DNA of 61,305 nucleotides, counting the filler. It is 12 parts of 12 records of this genome, joined end to end, with 100 filler letters (N's around TTAATTAATTAA, not from the genome) between each part and the next. Parts side by side here need not be neighbours in the genome. Positions count along the whole stretch, not along the records: positions 44,084 to 47,198 come from SRR15195285_8505; positions 47,299 to 51,765 come from SRR15195285_8506; positions 51,866 to 55,879 come from SRR15195285_8530; positions 55,980 to 61,305 come from SRR15195285_8540; 8 more parts are not named here. The stretch is one strand, 5' to 3'. Both the position numbers and the translations under genes were made by a program. Shown here one piece after another: positions 46,180-57,254 of the stretch. Under the pieces are notes generated by a model. That model worked only from the letters and a program-made list of their open reading frames with translations. It did no database searches and was not told where the DNA came from. Positions within the stretch are counted from its first letter, which is position 1. Each line of letters starts with the position of its first letter.

Positions 46180-47086
46180 TCACAAGTGTGTGTCGTGCCG
46201 AGTCTGGACATTGGCACCGTGGCCCTTGGCATGCCTCATCGGCGGGACCCCAAACCCGTGGCCCGTCATATCGGTGAAGCTCCGGCGACCCGCCGTCGCA
46301 GAGCGAGGCGCACCGAACCACTGGCCTTCCGCTGCATCAGCGGGAGTCGGTGGCGGAGGCAGCAACCGATAAACATAGTACAACACTACGTAGAACATAG
46401 CCGCCAGCACCAGGATGAACCCAACGTCTGCCAAAGGTCGAGCTGTACCATCAGATCGTCTGAAACACGGGAGAAAACGCCGAGCGCGACCCCAGACTAT
46501 GCCATTTAGAAACGTTGCTCCAGTAGCAGACACCAGCCACCAGTACTGAGCCGCCCCGTTGCCATTCGCACTTGTAGCGCTGGCGCTCTCAGACATCGCG
46601 CCAAACTTGAGCCAGTATAGCATGATGAGGTACGTCCCAAACGCACAGAGGATGTTGCCAATCACCTCTAGTGCAGTGGCAATACCATGGTAGCAAGAAG
46701 CTACCGTACGACGTTTACGCAGGTTGCGAATGCCTTTCACTCGGCGAAGATACGACATGCTTTGCATCTGCTCAACACGTTGGAAAAGCATCGCCAACTG
46801 TCACAACCAAAACATACAAGTTAGTGGTATCCATGGCAAAAACTACAGAAATGCACAACTGCTTATCACAGACAGACGAAAGGTTGGTAGTGGCAGCGAG
46901 AAGGTGTAGCGCTTGAGCTGTTTTGGTGCGCATCCCGTGCAAACGTACAGCAGTGTGTAGAGCTGTCGCCGCTGCAGAGCATTGAAATGCGTTCACAGCG
47001 GCGTGTACCGCAGATGGCTGCGAAAACAACGCCGTAAGAAGCAACGTAGCCAGCATGGCCATGTACCTGCATGCAAAAAGATACAA
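46180..47086 (-). CDS. 3' part of a multi-pass membrane protein (polycystin-1-like TM region?), spliced, 5' truncated
   Basis: Hydrophobic segments LLLTALF, LCAFGTYLIMLYWLKFG, WWLVS and GFILVLAAMFYVVLYYVY in two frames separated by a probable intron. Confidence 0.35.
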
Positions 47087-47159
47087 TCAGTCATCCAATT
47101 CCGTTCTCCCTCTCTCCTCGTTGCCTCGCCCTCACGTCCCCTCTGTCTGTCTCCCCCTC

Positions 47160-47198
<39 letters not shown>

Positions 47199-47412
47199 NN
47201 NNNNNNNNNNNNNNNNNNNNNNNNNNNNNNNNNNNNNNNNNNTTAATTAATTAANNNNNNNNNNNNNNNNNNNNNNNNNNNNNNNNNNNNNNNNNNNNTG
47301 GTGTGGGGTGGGGTGGCGACCCGCGGGTCGCGACGCACGGACGCACGGCAGGCGGGCGTGCTGAGTCCAGTCACGGTGAGGGTAACCAGTCACTACCGTA
47401 GACCGTTCGGCC

Positions 47413-49821
47413 ATGGAGCCGTCGGTCATCGTCATCGGCATCACGGGCCCGACGCGTTGTGGCAAGGGGCGCGTGTCCAAGGCGCTCGCCGAGACGCTCG
47501 GGAACGTCGCCGTCGTCGGGCAGGACGCGCACTGGTTCCGACCCTGGCCAGACGCTGCAACCGGCGAGGCGAGCGCTGAGGAGCCCGAGTGCACCGACCA
47601 CGCGAAGTTCGCGGAGAAGATTCAGGAAGCGACAGCGGCGGCAGCAGCATCGGGTGCGCGTTTCGTTATCGCGGAGGGATACCAGCTGCTGCATGACGCC
47701 TCTGTCCGGGCGCTGCTCGGGCCAATTCACTGGCTCCAAATCAGCCGAGACGAGTGCATTCGCCGCCGCTCGGCTCCAAGAGACGAGCTTCGTAACCCGC
47801 ACCCAATCGACGCCACCAAGATGAAACGTGTCGTCTGGCCTGCCTACCTAAGATACTGCACTGCGAGCGTGGATCCGCTTGGAGCACGTGTGCGGCGACA
47901 CGTGGGGCCGTCCACCGAGGATGAGGTTGCGGCCACCGTCAGTCAGATCTTGGCGTCTTTGCCTGTGGAAGAGGGGATACCAGGCGGCGCGGAAGAAGAG
48001 AGACCAGGTGGTGCGATGGCACCAGCCGGTGACTGGACGACGGAGAGGCCGCTGTATATTACGAATGTGGGCCATCCGTCATTCCTTGACTGCACCTCTG
48101 CCCAAGGTCCCGGCAAGTACGATGTCACTATGTGGGGTGACGGCGTCGATGTTGGGGAGTACCCTGACTACATACAATGGATTCTCAAGCCGGTGGAAGG
48201 TGAAGTAGACACATTTTTCATCCTCAACAAAGCTCACAACAAGTTTCTGGACTCGCATGGTCGTGGAGTGTGGCTGTGGGGCGATGGTGTCGACATAGGC
48301 CAGGACCCGGACGGGATCAAGTGGAGGCGCGAAGTGGCTGGCGCAGGAGACACCTTCTACCTCATTCACAAAAAGAGTAACAAATTTCTCGACAGCCCTG
48401 GCGGCCCACAAGTAAGCTTGTGGGGCGACGGTGTCAACACAGGAGAGATCCCACAGAACCTTCAATGGCAACTCAAGAGAGCGGGTGCAGAGTGGGTCAC
48501 ACTCGGCGGGCTCGCCAAGCACGGTGGCAAAGTTGGCAAGGTGACTGAGTTCTGCCATGGTGATGTGACACTCTGGCACGCGGACGGCGAGAGGAGTGGA
48601 TTTATCAACCCCATGACACTAAGCCGGCCGAGCGAGGCAGAAGCCACGTCATTCGAAGCAGCGCCAAAAATGCTGTTTCATGGCACGTCGCTGGAGAACG
48701 CTGTCAGAATCCAAGACGGTGGGTTTGATCTCGCTCGCTGTGGAACTGGCTACAACCTGGTAAATATCATTGGCGGCTCAAAGCTCGGTCGAGGAGTTTA
48801 CATGGGTGAAGAGATGGGAGGTAATTTTGGGGCAGGACCTTGGTGTTACGCAACGGGTGGAGAAATCTATCCTTACCTGAATGTTAAAGAAAACGATTTC
48901 GGTGGTTGTGTGCTGAAGCTGAGCGTCGACACGGGTCGAGTGTATCAAGTCACAGGCCGCACAGACCCTCTACTAACACGTTGGGCTGAAAGTGGCTACG
49001 ACAGTGTCTATAAACCCGCTGCTGTGGCTATTCATGACACCTCGGGTGATCATGGTAACCACCACCAGCACATGCCCGCGGAATACTGCATCGCAGACCC
49101 TGCGCGCATTAAAGTGGTAGGCTACTCTATCACCGATGAAGCACGGAAGGCAGGATGGAAGGTAACGGATAGACTGATGCCTCCGGGAGCTTCTGAGAAT
49201 TCTCGTGGTGCAGAGTGTCGTGGCGATACGCATCCAGCGTACAGTATGTGCTTCAACCCTGACGCGCGCGTGCGTATGGCGGATGGCACAGCAAAGCACG
49301 CCAAAGCCGTGCAGGTAGGCGACCAGCTAGCGACACCGACTGGGGAATCTACAACCGTGCTGGCTTGCACGATTCAGGCTAGCTGCCGGCGTTGGCTGGT
49401 CCAGATCGAAGATATGTATATCTCGACGATGCATCGGATCCAGAATCCGCGTGGGGAATGGATCGAACCCATCTTCTACCCAGGAGCGACAATGACCACG
49501 CACGACTGCGCGTTGCACAACTTCGTCGTCGAGGGCAGCGTCCCGATCATAGTATGTGATGTGGTCGCCTCAACCATTGGGACGTACTGCGTAGGGTCGC
49601 ACGATTTTCAGTGGCCCACGCATGAGCTCTGGGGTGGGCACAACATTGTGAATCTCTTTGCGCAGCGAGATGACTGGCCGAACATCCGAATCGGGGTGAG
49701 CAACACCTTCCTAGCAGTGATGAAGAATCCTGAGTTTGCGCGGAAGTATTTGGATCAGTGCGACGGCACAAAACGCAGCACACGAATGTTGCTGCGAGAG
49801 TATGGATGGATAGGCGATTGA
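47413..49821 (+). CDS. Nicotinamide-riboside-kinase-like + ricin-B lectin + Gig2/PARP-like ADP-ribosyltransferase + Hint/Vint multidomain protein (802 aa)
   Basis: NRK-like: IGITGPTRCGKG, VGQD, VIAEGYQL, EC..RR, VVWPAY. Three beta-trefoil-like repeats (F.I.NK...FLD...V.LWGDG....QW). ART: LFHGTS, LGRGVY, GYDSV, EYCIADP.RI. Hint: CFNPDARVRMADG...VQVGD, ISTMH, LHNFVV, TIG. Confidence 0.8.
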   Translation: MEPSVIVIGITGPTRCGKGRVSKALAETLGNVAVVGQDAHWFRPWPDAATGEASAEEPECTDHAKFAEKIQEATAAAAASGARFVIAEGYQLLHDASVRALLGPIHWLQISRDECIRRRSAPRDELRNPHPIDATKMKRVVWPAYLRYCTASVDPLGARVRRHVGPSTEDEVAATVSQILASLPVEEGIPGGAEEERPGGAMAPAGDWTTERPLYITNVGHPSFLDCTSAQGPGKYDVTMWGDGVDVGEYPDYIQWILKPVEGEVDTFFILNKAHNKFLDSHGRGVWLWGDGVDIGQDPDGIKWRREVAGAGDTFYLIHKKSNKFLDSPGGPQVSLWGDGVNTGEIPQNLQWQLKRAGAEWVTLGGLAKHGGKVGKVTEFCHGDVTLWHADGERSGFINPMTLSRPSEAEATSFEAAPKMLFHGTSLENAVRIQDGGFDLARCGTGYNLVNIIGGSKLGRGVYMGEEMGGNFGAGPWCYATGGEIYPYLNVKENDFGGCVLKLSVDTGRVYQVTGRTDPLLTRWAESGYDSVYKPAAVAIHDTSGDHGNHHQHMPAEYCIADPARIKVVGYSITDEARKAGWKVTDRLMPPGASENSRGAECRGDTHPAYSMCFNPDARVRMADGTAKHAKAVQVGDQLATPTGESTTVLACTIQASCRRWLVQIEDMYISTMHRIQNPRGEWIEPIFYPGATMTTHDCALHNFVVEGSVPIIVCDVVASTIGTYCVGSHDFQWPTHELWGGHNIVNLFAQRDDWPNIRIGVSNTFLAVMKNPEFARKYLDQCDGTKRSTRMLLREYGWIGD

Positions 49822-50125
49822 GACCAGGCCACTGTCGACTCACGAAGCTCATCCGCAATAGAAGTAGGCAGCTCAAGTATCGATCGGACGACGGGTCGCA
49901 TAGTAGCTAGCTAGGCTAGATCCAGTAGATCTGGACAGTAGTGTGTAATGATATTTATGGGAGTACGGAGAGTACTCGGAGTGCTCGGACCTTCCTCAGC
50001 ATAGACTTGTAGATCGACAAAGTAGCTGTACTCATGCGAGACAACCGCAGATGTGAAACTCACCACACGCAAATCCTCGCCCATGCTTCTCCAAAAACCA
50101 CTCGAAGTATCTTCGCTATCGTTCA

Positions 50126-51351
50126 TCAGTCTTCAGTGGAAGCGACAGCTAGCTCAGGGTGCAACGCGCACGCAATCGGGTCGCCGTCTTTCAATCCACA
50201 GTCAAACCCTGCAGCTTTCCACCCAGCGTCCATTGTGCCAGGTGTGTCCCTAAACGTTACGTCGTCGCCGCACCATCGAGTTGCATAACCACGGCGTCGC
50301 CGGGTGCGGCCTTCGCTTATGTTGCCAGGAGCGCCACTGTCAGAACCAATAGCCACAGCAACGTAGACACTGTCAGCAAACAATCACAGTACTCAAAGGT
50401 CTGTAAGATAAAAGAAATTTCGTGGGCCGCACTGGATTGCATATGAGTTGAACACAATGACATCGCCTGGCGACATGTCCCAAGACAGCAGCTCGAACGT
50501 GCCTGCTCAGCCAAATCATGGTCAAAATAATTGTACGCACAGCATCAGTTCAAGGTAATCTGAGCTGCACGTGCACCTTTCGCGACTTCACCGTCAACGT
50601 CCGACACGTCTGGCAGTGCAGATTGGTCGCCATAGTTGTAGTTGCTCTCACCACCGCCAGAGAAGGAGGTTATTGAGTGGCGCATTCCCCACTTGTGGGA
50701 GCCACGAACGTACGAGACTCCCGTTTCTTTGGGAACCTCATCCAGTGCCAGCCAGACTGAACAGATCATTGACCCATCCAGCTGCCAGTAACTGGTGTCG
50801 TTGTGCCACGGAGTGGGTGCAACAGTGCCAGGCTCCTTCACAAGCAGTTGGTCATAGAAGTGATGCGCAGTCGATGATACCATCGCTCTCGCAGCCAACG
50901 ATGCGACGCCAGAGCGCCTGACATACATTTCGGCAGCACGGTGGCGCGTCCACAGAAACCTAGCCCCAAGCACAGACTGTGAGTTTGTATCCTTAACGTG
51001 CTCGTGTTCGTACGAAGTAGTCACTCACTGATCGTCATGGAATCGGCCAGCTGTCCCTTGCGCCTGCGCGTGCTCGTCGCACAAAGGGCCAGGATCTGCC
51101 ATGTTGTCTTCTGCGGCTGCACGCATTGCCTCGACCCACGACGTGTCGAAGACGCCTCGCAACACCACTGCCCCGTCCTCTTGAAACTGACGCACGAGCC
51201 TGTCTGGCATCGCCTTGAGTGGATCTATTGGCACGAGTTCTTGCGCGCTGGTCGCGCACGCGGTGCTGTACGCTGCAACTGGCGTGAAGAGGCGCGTCTC
51301 CAGCACCGTCCTCGCTACACCTCTGCGCCGCAGCTGGTACAGCCTCAGCAT
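50126..51351 (-). CDS. Phytanoyl-CoA dioxygenase (PhyH)-family 2OG-Fe(II) oxygenase, multi-exon, transit-peptide-like N-terminus
   Basis: F.EDGAVVLRGVF, DQLLVKEPG...TPWHND..YW, SVWLALD, GSHKW, WDMSPGDVIVF, H|GAPGN..RRR..TRW.GDD. Confidence 0.85.
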
Positions 51352-51986
51352 CCTGTCTTCACGCACACCTGCACAATCAACTGACGACCTCGCTTACGGC
51401 TCACCCCCAAGCGTCGTCGCTGGTGGCGTGCTCAGCCTGTCGCTGTCACGCGGTTATCGTTGGAAGATGGGATAGCCAACACACGTACTCCAGCAGCTTC
51501 TCGCCGATCTCCAACTGAGTCTAGCCCGTCGCGCGGATTGCGCTGCGCTGTCGCCGCGGTGCCGCGCGCGCGGCTGATCTAATCCCCTATCCATGCATTG
51601 ACAATGGATTATCAATGCATGTAAATTGCAATTTACGATTTTGATATTCGAATCGTACATCCCGGGTACTACAGCTGTACCGGTAGCCTGACTGTACTTC
51701 GTCATTTGTATCATTTGTAATCGTAATCGTAATAAGTGTGAAGCAATCAATATAGGTCCCTAGTANNNNNNNNNNNNNNNNNNNNNNNNNNNNNNNNNNN
51801 NNNNNNNNNTTAATTAATTAANNNNNNNNNNNNNNNNNNNNNNNNNNNNNNNNNNNNNNNNNNNNGATGGGTGATTTAAGGTAGGTGTGCGGGCGCGCGG
51901 GACAAAGTTGGCGTGAACGAAGGTGCTCTGCGGTTAGAACAGATCGCTCGCGCCGCGCCTATATAGCGGCGAGTGGCATCGGCGAT

Positions 51987-53653
51987 ATGATTCGCGGCCT
52001 ACGCATCTTGGCCAAGGGCACGGCTGCTGCTGCAGGGGTTGGGAGCGTGGCGCTGGCAGTTCATGCCGAGTCTGAGCCGGAGGGCTGTGCGCGAACGATC
52101 CCTGACACGCTCGCGCGCACGCTCTACTGGCAGCTGAAGCGGCTCACGCCGCTGGGCAGGGCGACCATCCCGTACAACGAGGAGCACGTGAATGTTGAAT
52201 TCATGACAAAGGTGATGCGGCACGCGAGCCCCAGAGAGCTCGCAGCCTGCTGCACGGACGGATCCCTTCGCGAGCTGGTCTGGCAGCAAGTGCCCGTTGT
52301 CACAAAGGTTGCGACCAGCCCGATGGGCTCCGGGGCTGGATTCGCGAGTACGATGTGCAGAGCAGAAGTAACATTAGAAGGTAGTACCACGCCGATCAAG
52401 CTGGTTGTCAAGATGGCGCCTGACGACTTCGAAAGCTCTCTCCTGTTCCGGCTGATACGGTCCGGCGAGACCGAGGCAGAGTTTTACCGCAGCAGCGTGA
52501 CTGAGCAAGCCAAGCTCAACACGCCGGGCCACCTTTTCGTTGACCATGATCGGACCAGTGACCAGTTTGTGCTGGTACAGCGAGACCTCTCACCGCAAAC
52601 AACGGCTTCTCAAGCCAATGGTGCAACGGTCGAGCAGGCTAAGATAACGCTGATAGAACTAGCGAAACTGAATGGCTCGTTCTTCAACAACACCAACGGG
52701 CTGACCTGGCTCGCCAAGCCAAGAACTGGAGCATTCGATTTCGTAGGCCCTGCGTGGGAGGATCACAAACAGGTCCTCCACCCCTTCATGCAGAACAGAG
52801 GATACAGTGTGCCAGCGGCAGCACACGAGGCCGTGGATGCTATGTTTGGCCATGACTTCACAGAGGTTCTTGATTGGCTGAAGCAACCTGGCACACCACG
52901 AGAAGAGGGCGGCAAGTTGAATGTTGTCCTGGCTCACGTCGACAGCAGACTAGAGAACATGTTCTTGAGCCAAAATGCCTGCATGTTGATCGATTTCCAA
53001 GCGATGCAGGCACGGCAACCATGCACGGATGTAGCATATTTTCTTGGTCAGTCAATGACCACTGAAATGCGGCGCGCGCACGAGGTCGAGTTGCTGAGAT
53101 TTTGGTAACTGCCGTGTCTGCTGTACTGTCTTCAACCGCAGCCTTTGAACGAGTCAAGATTTCTTTTTGTGTTCCCGCTGAATGGGTGCTCTTGGGTCAG
53201 GTATGACCAAATGACTCAAGTGAATGGTGTGGACCCGAAAGAGTTCTCGTGGGAAGACTGTGTTCAAGACTACCACATCTCTTCAGTGTATTCAGCCATT
53301 ATCCCGTGAGCACCAGCAGCAATATGCTCCGTACTTTCCAACAGCCATGGATATGGCCCCCCTGTTAGCCCATCATGAACTCTTGTTGATGTTTGTGTTG
53401 CAGATACTTTTGGGTAAAGGAAGCTGAGTCACAGATGAAACATATGGAGCCGGCGGCGAAGGAACGATCGCTTAGCACATTGGATCAGGTTGTGCGGCGC
53501 TCCTGCGCCTTTGTCACCGACTGCAACGGCTTAGAGTGTGAAAAGGTTTTCGTTGAGTGGATCAAGGAGGCCAAGCAGCAAGGAGAAGCGCCGAGTATGG
53601 ACACACTCGTGCATAGAAGCCGTCCGTACTTGCAGCAAAAGTTTTTCCAGTGA
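51987..53653 (+). CDS. APH/choline-kinase-like (EcKL/DUF1679-type) phosphotransferase, 3 exons
   Basis: GFAS, LVVKM, E.EFY, LAHVDSRLENMF, LIDFQ, DVAYFL. Introns about 53105-53200 and 53306-53403. Confidence 0.8.
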
Positions 53654-53729
53654 TTTGGAGTGTCCTTAGCTGCAGTGCAACTGTGCAGGTGGGGTTTTGA
53701 AATCCAATGTCCGTCACCATCATTATTTT

Positions 53730-55682
53730 TCAGGAGCGACCCGCAGCCCCGCGCCCACCAGACCCACGCGAAATCCCTCTGCCTCTTGAGCTGCCGCCCC
53801 TCGGTTTTGTGCCGCCTCCCGCGCGCTTGCGCTTGCTAGCAGTTGCACTTCCTCGCGGTGTTTTCTTTCGTGATTTTTCTACCAAACCAGTTTCGGGCCG
53901 CGCCATTATAGCTGCGAGATCACCCACGGATATCGGCGTCACTGTGTCGCGTCCGTCTAGCGTGAACATGTCTTCTACCTCCTTTTCACTTTCCTCCACG
54001 GACTGTTCGCCTTGAAATGTCTCAAACTTGGCGCACGCACGTTCTAGTTCTCCCAGCGTCAACGTCAGTGTTCCACTGTTGCCAGCACCCGTGTCATTTG
54101 AGGTGCAGCCCGCAGCCTCCCGTAGCAACGCCATCACTGCTGTGGGCTCCAGGGCAACGGTTCCAGCAGCACTGCCGTAGCTCTCATCATTCGTGTCAGA
54201 TTCATCCGACGATGTGGCGATGCCGGCGGCCCCGGCAGCAGCAGGCTGTCTGCGCTTTCCCCGTGATCCGCCCCGCGTCCGTTTCTGTGGTTGCCAGACG
54301 TCATCGCCATCGTCATCAATTTCATCGTCCTCTACTCTCGCAGCCTTCTCTGAGTAGTCAACAACACCATCTGAACTGTCGGACAGCTCGTCAGAGTCAA
54401 TTGCACCCAAACTGACACTGCCCCACCCTCCACCGGCTGTGTCGGTTGGCATCTGTACCAAGGGTGGTCCTCCACCAGCACGCGGTCTGCGCAACTGCAG
54501 CTTCAGCCGGCTCCCGCGCCGCAGTCCTCCGCCAGCGCGCGAGTCAAGATCTCGATGTGCCGTTCCCTGTAAGCTTGCAGTTGCTGCTGTTGCTGTTGCT
54601 GCCGCTGCTTCCATAGCGGCAGCGCCGGCAGCATGAGGATCGCGATGTTTGGGCCGCCCCTTTACTGTCCTAGCCGCAGCTGCTTCTGACCGAGACAGGT
54701 CTATAGCGCAGTCCTTCAGCTCCCCAACGGCCGCCTGCTGCTGCTCACCCCCCCGCTGATGCTGTTGCTGACTGTGTTTGCTCTTGACACATATCGGGCA
54801 GAACCACAGGTCGTCGTCACCCAGCGCGTCCACTTCAGCGCGATTCTTGAACCCAACGCAGTGGATATGATACCATCGCTTTGGGTCGCATCCGTCACAC
54901 TCAATCGAACAGTTCTCCGCCTCCAGCTCCAGCTGCTCCGACATCGACTTGGCGTCAAACTCGCCGTTTCGCCATTTGCATGCATTATCATCTCCCATCC
55001 CGAAGCACACAACGTCAGAATCCGCTACAAAATTGTCATCGTTGGCGGCCCCTTCTAACTCCTCGTCACTTCCCACCTCGCGGTCGCGGTGTTTAAACCG
55101 CACGACGCTGGAGCGTGATGAGCCACCGCCAACGCGCCGGGCTGAGGGGACCCGCTGGCGACAGGCAGGACAGGTGTTTTGTACCGCACACCACTCTTTG
55201 ATGCAATCGAAGCAGTAGAGGTGGCCGCAGGCAATTTCGGCACGGGTACGGTCAGTGATGACCTCGTGGCAGATTCCACAGGCCTTGGACTCGTCTGAGT
55301 CTGTTGGATGGTCGGCGCTAGCTGCTCCAGCGCCCGTGCTTGTAGTTGTTGGCGCCTGGGGCTCTGCAGGCACGACACACACCAAAGGTGTCTCTTGGTT
55401 GCTCAGGATGGCATCCAGCGTGCTTCCACCTTTGTCCTTTGGCTGCATCAGTGTGCTGGCATCGTCCAGCACTACTCCTTGGTGCAGTGTCTTCACAGTG
55501 CTCACATCCACAACATAGCTGATACCAAGCGTGTCAAGAAGACGCCGCTTGAAGCTGGCGATCGTATCGCCCCACGGACAGCCCACCACGACAGTACCGC
55601 CCGCCTTTAGGGCCCCTTTGATGTTGACTTTGCACGGAATTTCGAGGTATTCGGTCGCGGGGTCAGCTGCTGCAGCAGCCAT
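53730..55682 (-). CDS. Ubiquitin-like + RING + PHD finger protein
   Basis: DTIASFKRRL...LHQG.VLDD..TL (UBL); CGIC...CGH.YC..CI..W....TCPAC (RING); CDGC...WYH..CV...WFCPIC (PHD). Confidence 0.85.
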   Translation of the reverse strand: MAAAAADPATEYLEIPCKVNIKGALKAGGTVVVGCPWGDTIASFKRRLLDTLGISYVVDVSTVKTLHQGVVLDDASTLMQPKDKGGSTLDAILSNQETPLVCVVPAEPQAPTTTSTGAGAASADHPTDSDESKACGICHEVITDRTRAEIACGHLYCFDCIKEWCAVQNTCPACRQRVPSARRVGGGSSRSSVVRFKHRDREVGSDEELEGAANDDNFVADSDVVCFGMGDDNACKWRNGEFDAKSMSEQLELEAENCSIECDGCDPKRWYHIHCVGFKNRAEVDALGDDDLWFCPICVKSKHSQQQHQRGGEQQQAAVGELKDCAIDLSRSEAAAARTVKGRPKHRDPHAAGAAAMEAAAATATAATASLQGTAHRDLDSRAGGGLRRGSRLKLQLRRPRAGGGPPLVQMPTDTAGGGWGSVSLGAIDSDELSDSSDGVVDYSEKAARVEDDEIDDDGDDVWQPQKRTRGGSRGKRRQPAAAGAAGIATSSDESDTNDESYGSAAGTVALEPTAVMALLREAAGCTSNDTGAGNSGTLTLTLGELERACAKFETFQGEQSVEESEKEVEDMFTLDGRDTVTPISVGDLAAIMARPETGLVEKSRKKTPRGSATASKRKRAGGGTKPRGGSSRGRGISRGSGGRGAAGRS

Positions 55683-56153
55683 GTCGGGCGCGACCTAGTC
55701 GACGAGCTGCGTGCGCTGCAGGCGGCCTGCTGCTGCTGACTGACACGCGTTCGGGATGTAGCCCTGTAGGATCCTACTCGCTGTACTCAATTACTAGATC
55801 TAGTATCTTAGAGCGTGCATGTTGCGCGGTCCCTACGCAACGACGGTTGGTACAAAGCGAGAAACGGTACCTGGGACCTNNNNNNNNNNNNNNNNNNNNN
55901 NNNNNNNNNNNNNNNNNNNNNNNTTAATTAATTAANNNNNNNNNNNNNNNNNNNNNNNNNNNNNNNNNNNNNNNNNNNNAAATTCTTAGGCCGATCCTGG
56001 CATTTTTCCTAAATATATTGGCGCGCGAACGGATGACGGCGGGTGAGGGATCGGCGTGGCCCGCCGGGGTGCACCGTGATCGGCAGCCACGCACCCAGCC
56101 GCCAGAGCGAGTACTGTATTGTGTATACGCGTCACGGTGCGCGATACCGACAG

Positions 56154-57254
56154 ATGAGTGCTCAGCGGAGGCTGCGTGCCTTGGACACCTTCGTGTCTGG
56201 CAGGCGACTCTCACCGACATCCGCGCTGCCAGGACCAGCAGCCAGCTCACTGCAGACACGAGCTGCAGCCGCCAGCGCAGTAGAGCTTGAGCCGGTGTTG
56301 TCGGCTGACTTCTGCGCGGGACAGTGGGTAGCTGCGCACAAAGACATCAATTACAGCGGGGTGGAGCGGGGCCACCCGCGCCACAAACTGGATGTTTACC
56401 GTCCATGGCACAGCTCAGATGGCCATGAGGCCGACCCTCGCGTGCTTCATGGGCCACGTGCACCAACCGAACAGCAGATGCCCGTGGTGTTCTTCATACA
56501 CGGCGGCGGCTGGGGAGCGGGTGACAAGGGTATGGTGACTGGCAGTGGATTCGACTACCGCATTCAGGGCGCTGCAGGCAGCCACGGAAAGCCCCTGTTT
56601 TTCACGCAACACGGCTGCGTATTCGTTTCCGCAAACTATCGCTTGCGGCCAGACGCGACCATAGACCAGATGGCGCAGGACCTGGCTAAGGCGCTGGCAT
56701 GGGTCAGAAACAACATAGCTCGATACGGTGGGGACCCGGGTCAAGTGATCGTGATGGGTCACTCTGCGGGTGCGCAGTTGGCGGCTTTGTTGTGCACCGA
56801 CGAAAGCTACCTCAAGGCTGAGGGCGTGCGGTTCGACGATATGCTGCGTGGGTGCATCCCAGTGGATAGTGACACAAATGACGTCGTAGTTGAGGTCACA
56901 GAACATGGCAAGTGGAGTGCTGGCGGCAACTCCTTCGGTGACAACCCAGACGTGTGGCGTGCGCTTTCACCGTGCACGCATTGCAAGCCAGGTAAACACA
57001 TCCCTCCGTTCCTGATCCTGCACATCCAGGACTTGAACGCGCCAGGGGGCGAGCGTGGCTCGGGCGACGGAGTGTTGCGCACACCACGCCAGGCGCAGCT
57101 GCTGGCGAAATCACTTCGCTCTGCCAACGTGCGCGTGGAGGTCCGCGCTGGGGCAGGAAAAACGCACGTTACTCTTGATTCGGAGATTGGGAGAACGGGT
57201 GACCAGATCACTGCAGCTGTAGAAGTTTTCATGCGTTCGGTGCTTCGCGCATGA
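56154..57254 (+). CDS. Alpha/beta hydrolase (HSL/BD-FAE/arylformamidase-like esterase)
   Basis: KLDVY.P, PVVFFIHGGGW, SANYRL, YGGDP....MGHSAGAQL, PPFLILH, KTH. Confidence 0.88.
   Translation: MSAQRRLRALDTFVSGRRLSPTSALPGPAASSLQTRAAAASAVELEPVLSADFCAGQWVAAHKDINYSGVERGHPRHKLDVYRPWHSSDGHEADPRVLHGPRAPTEQQMPVVFFIHGGGWGAGDKGMVTGSGFDYRIQGAAGSHGKPLFFTQHGCVFVSANYRLRPDATIDQMAQDLAKALAWVRNNIARYGGDPGQVIVMGHSAGAQLAALLCTDESYLKAEGVRFDDMLRGCIPVDSDTNDVVVEVTEHGKWSAGGNSFGDNPDVWRALSPCTHCKPGKHIPPFLILHIQDLNAPGGERGSGDGVLRTPRQAQLLAKSLRSANVRVEVRAGAGKTHVTLDSEIGRTGDQITAAVEVFMRSVLRA

Noticed and set aside
49249-49600. A classical intein (mobile element)
   Set aside because: No terminal His-Asn plus Cys/Ser/Thr, no homing endonuclease and no interrupted host domain; it fits a Hint-Vint tail.
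56154-56200. PTS2 peroxisomal signal in the esterase N-terminus (RLRALDTFV)
   Set aside because: Lacks the required His/Gln-Leu; more like a generic transit peptide.
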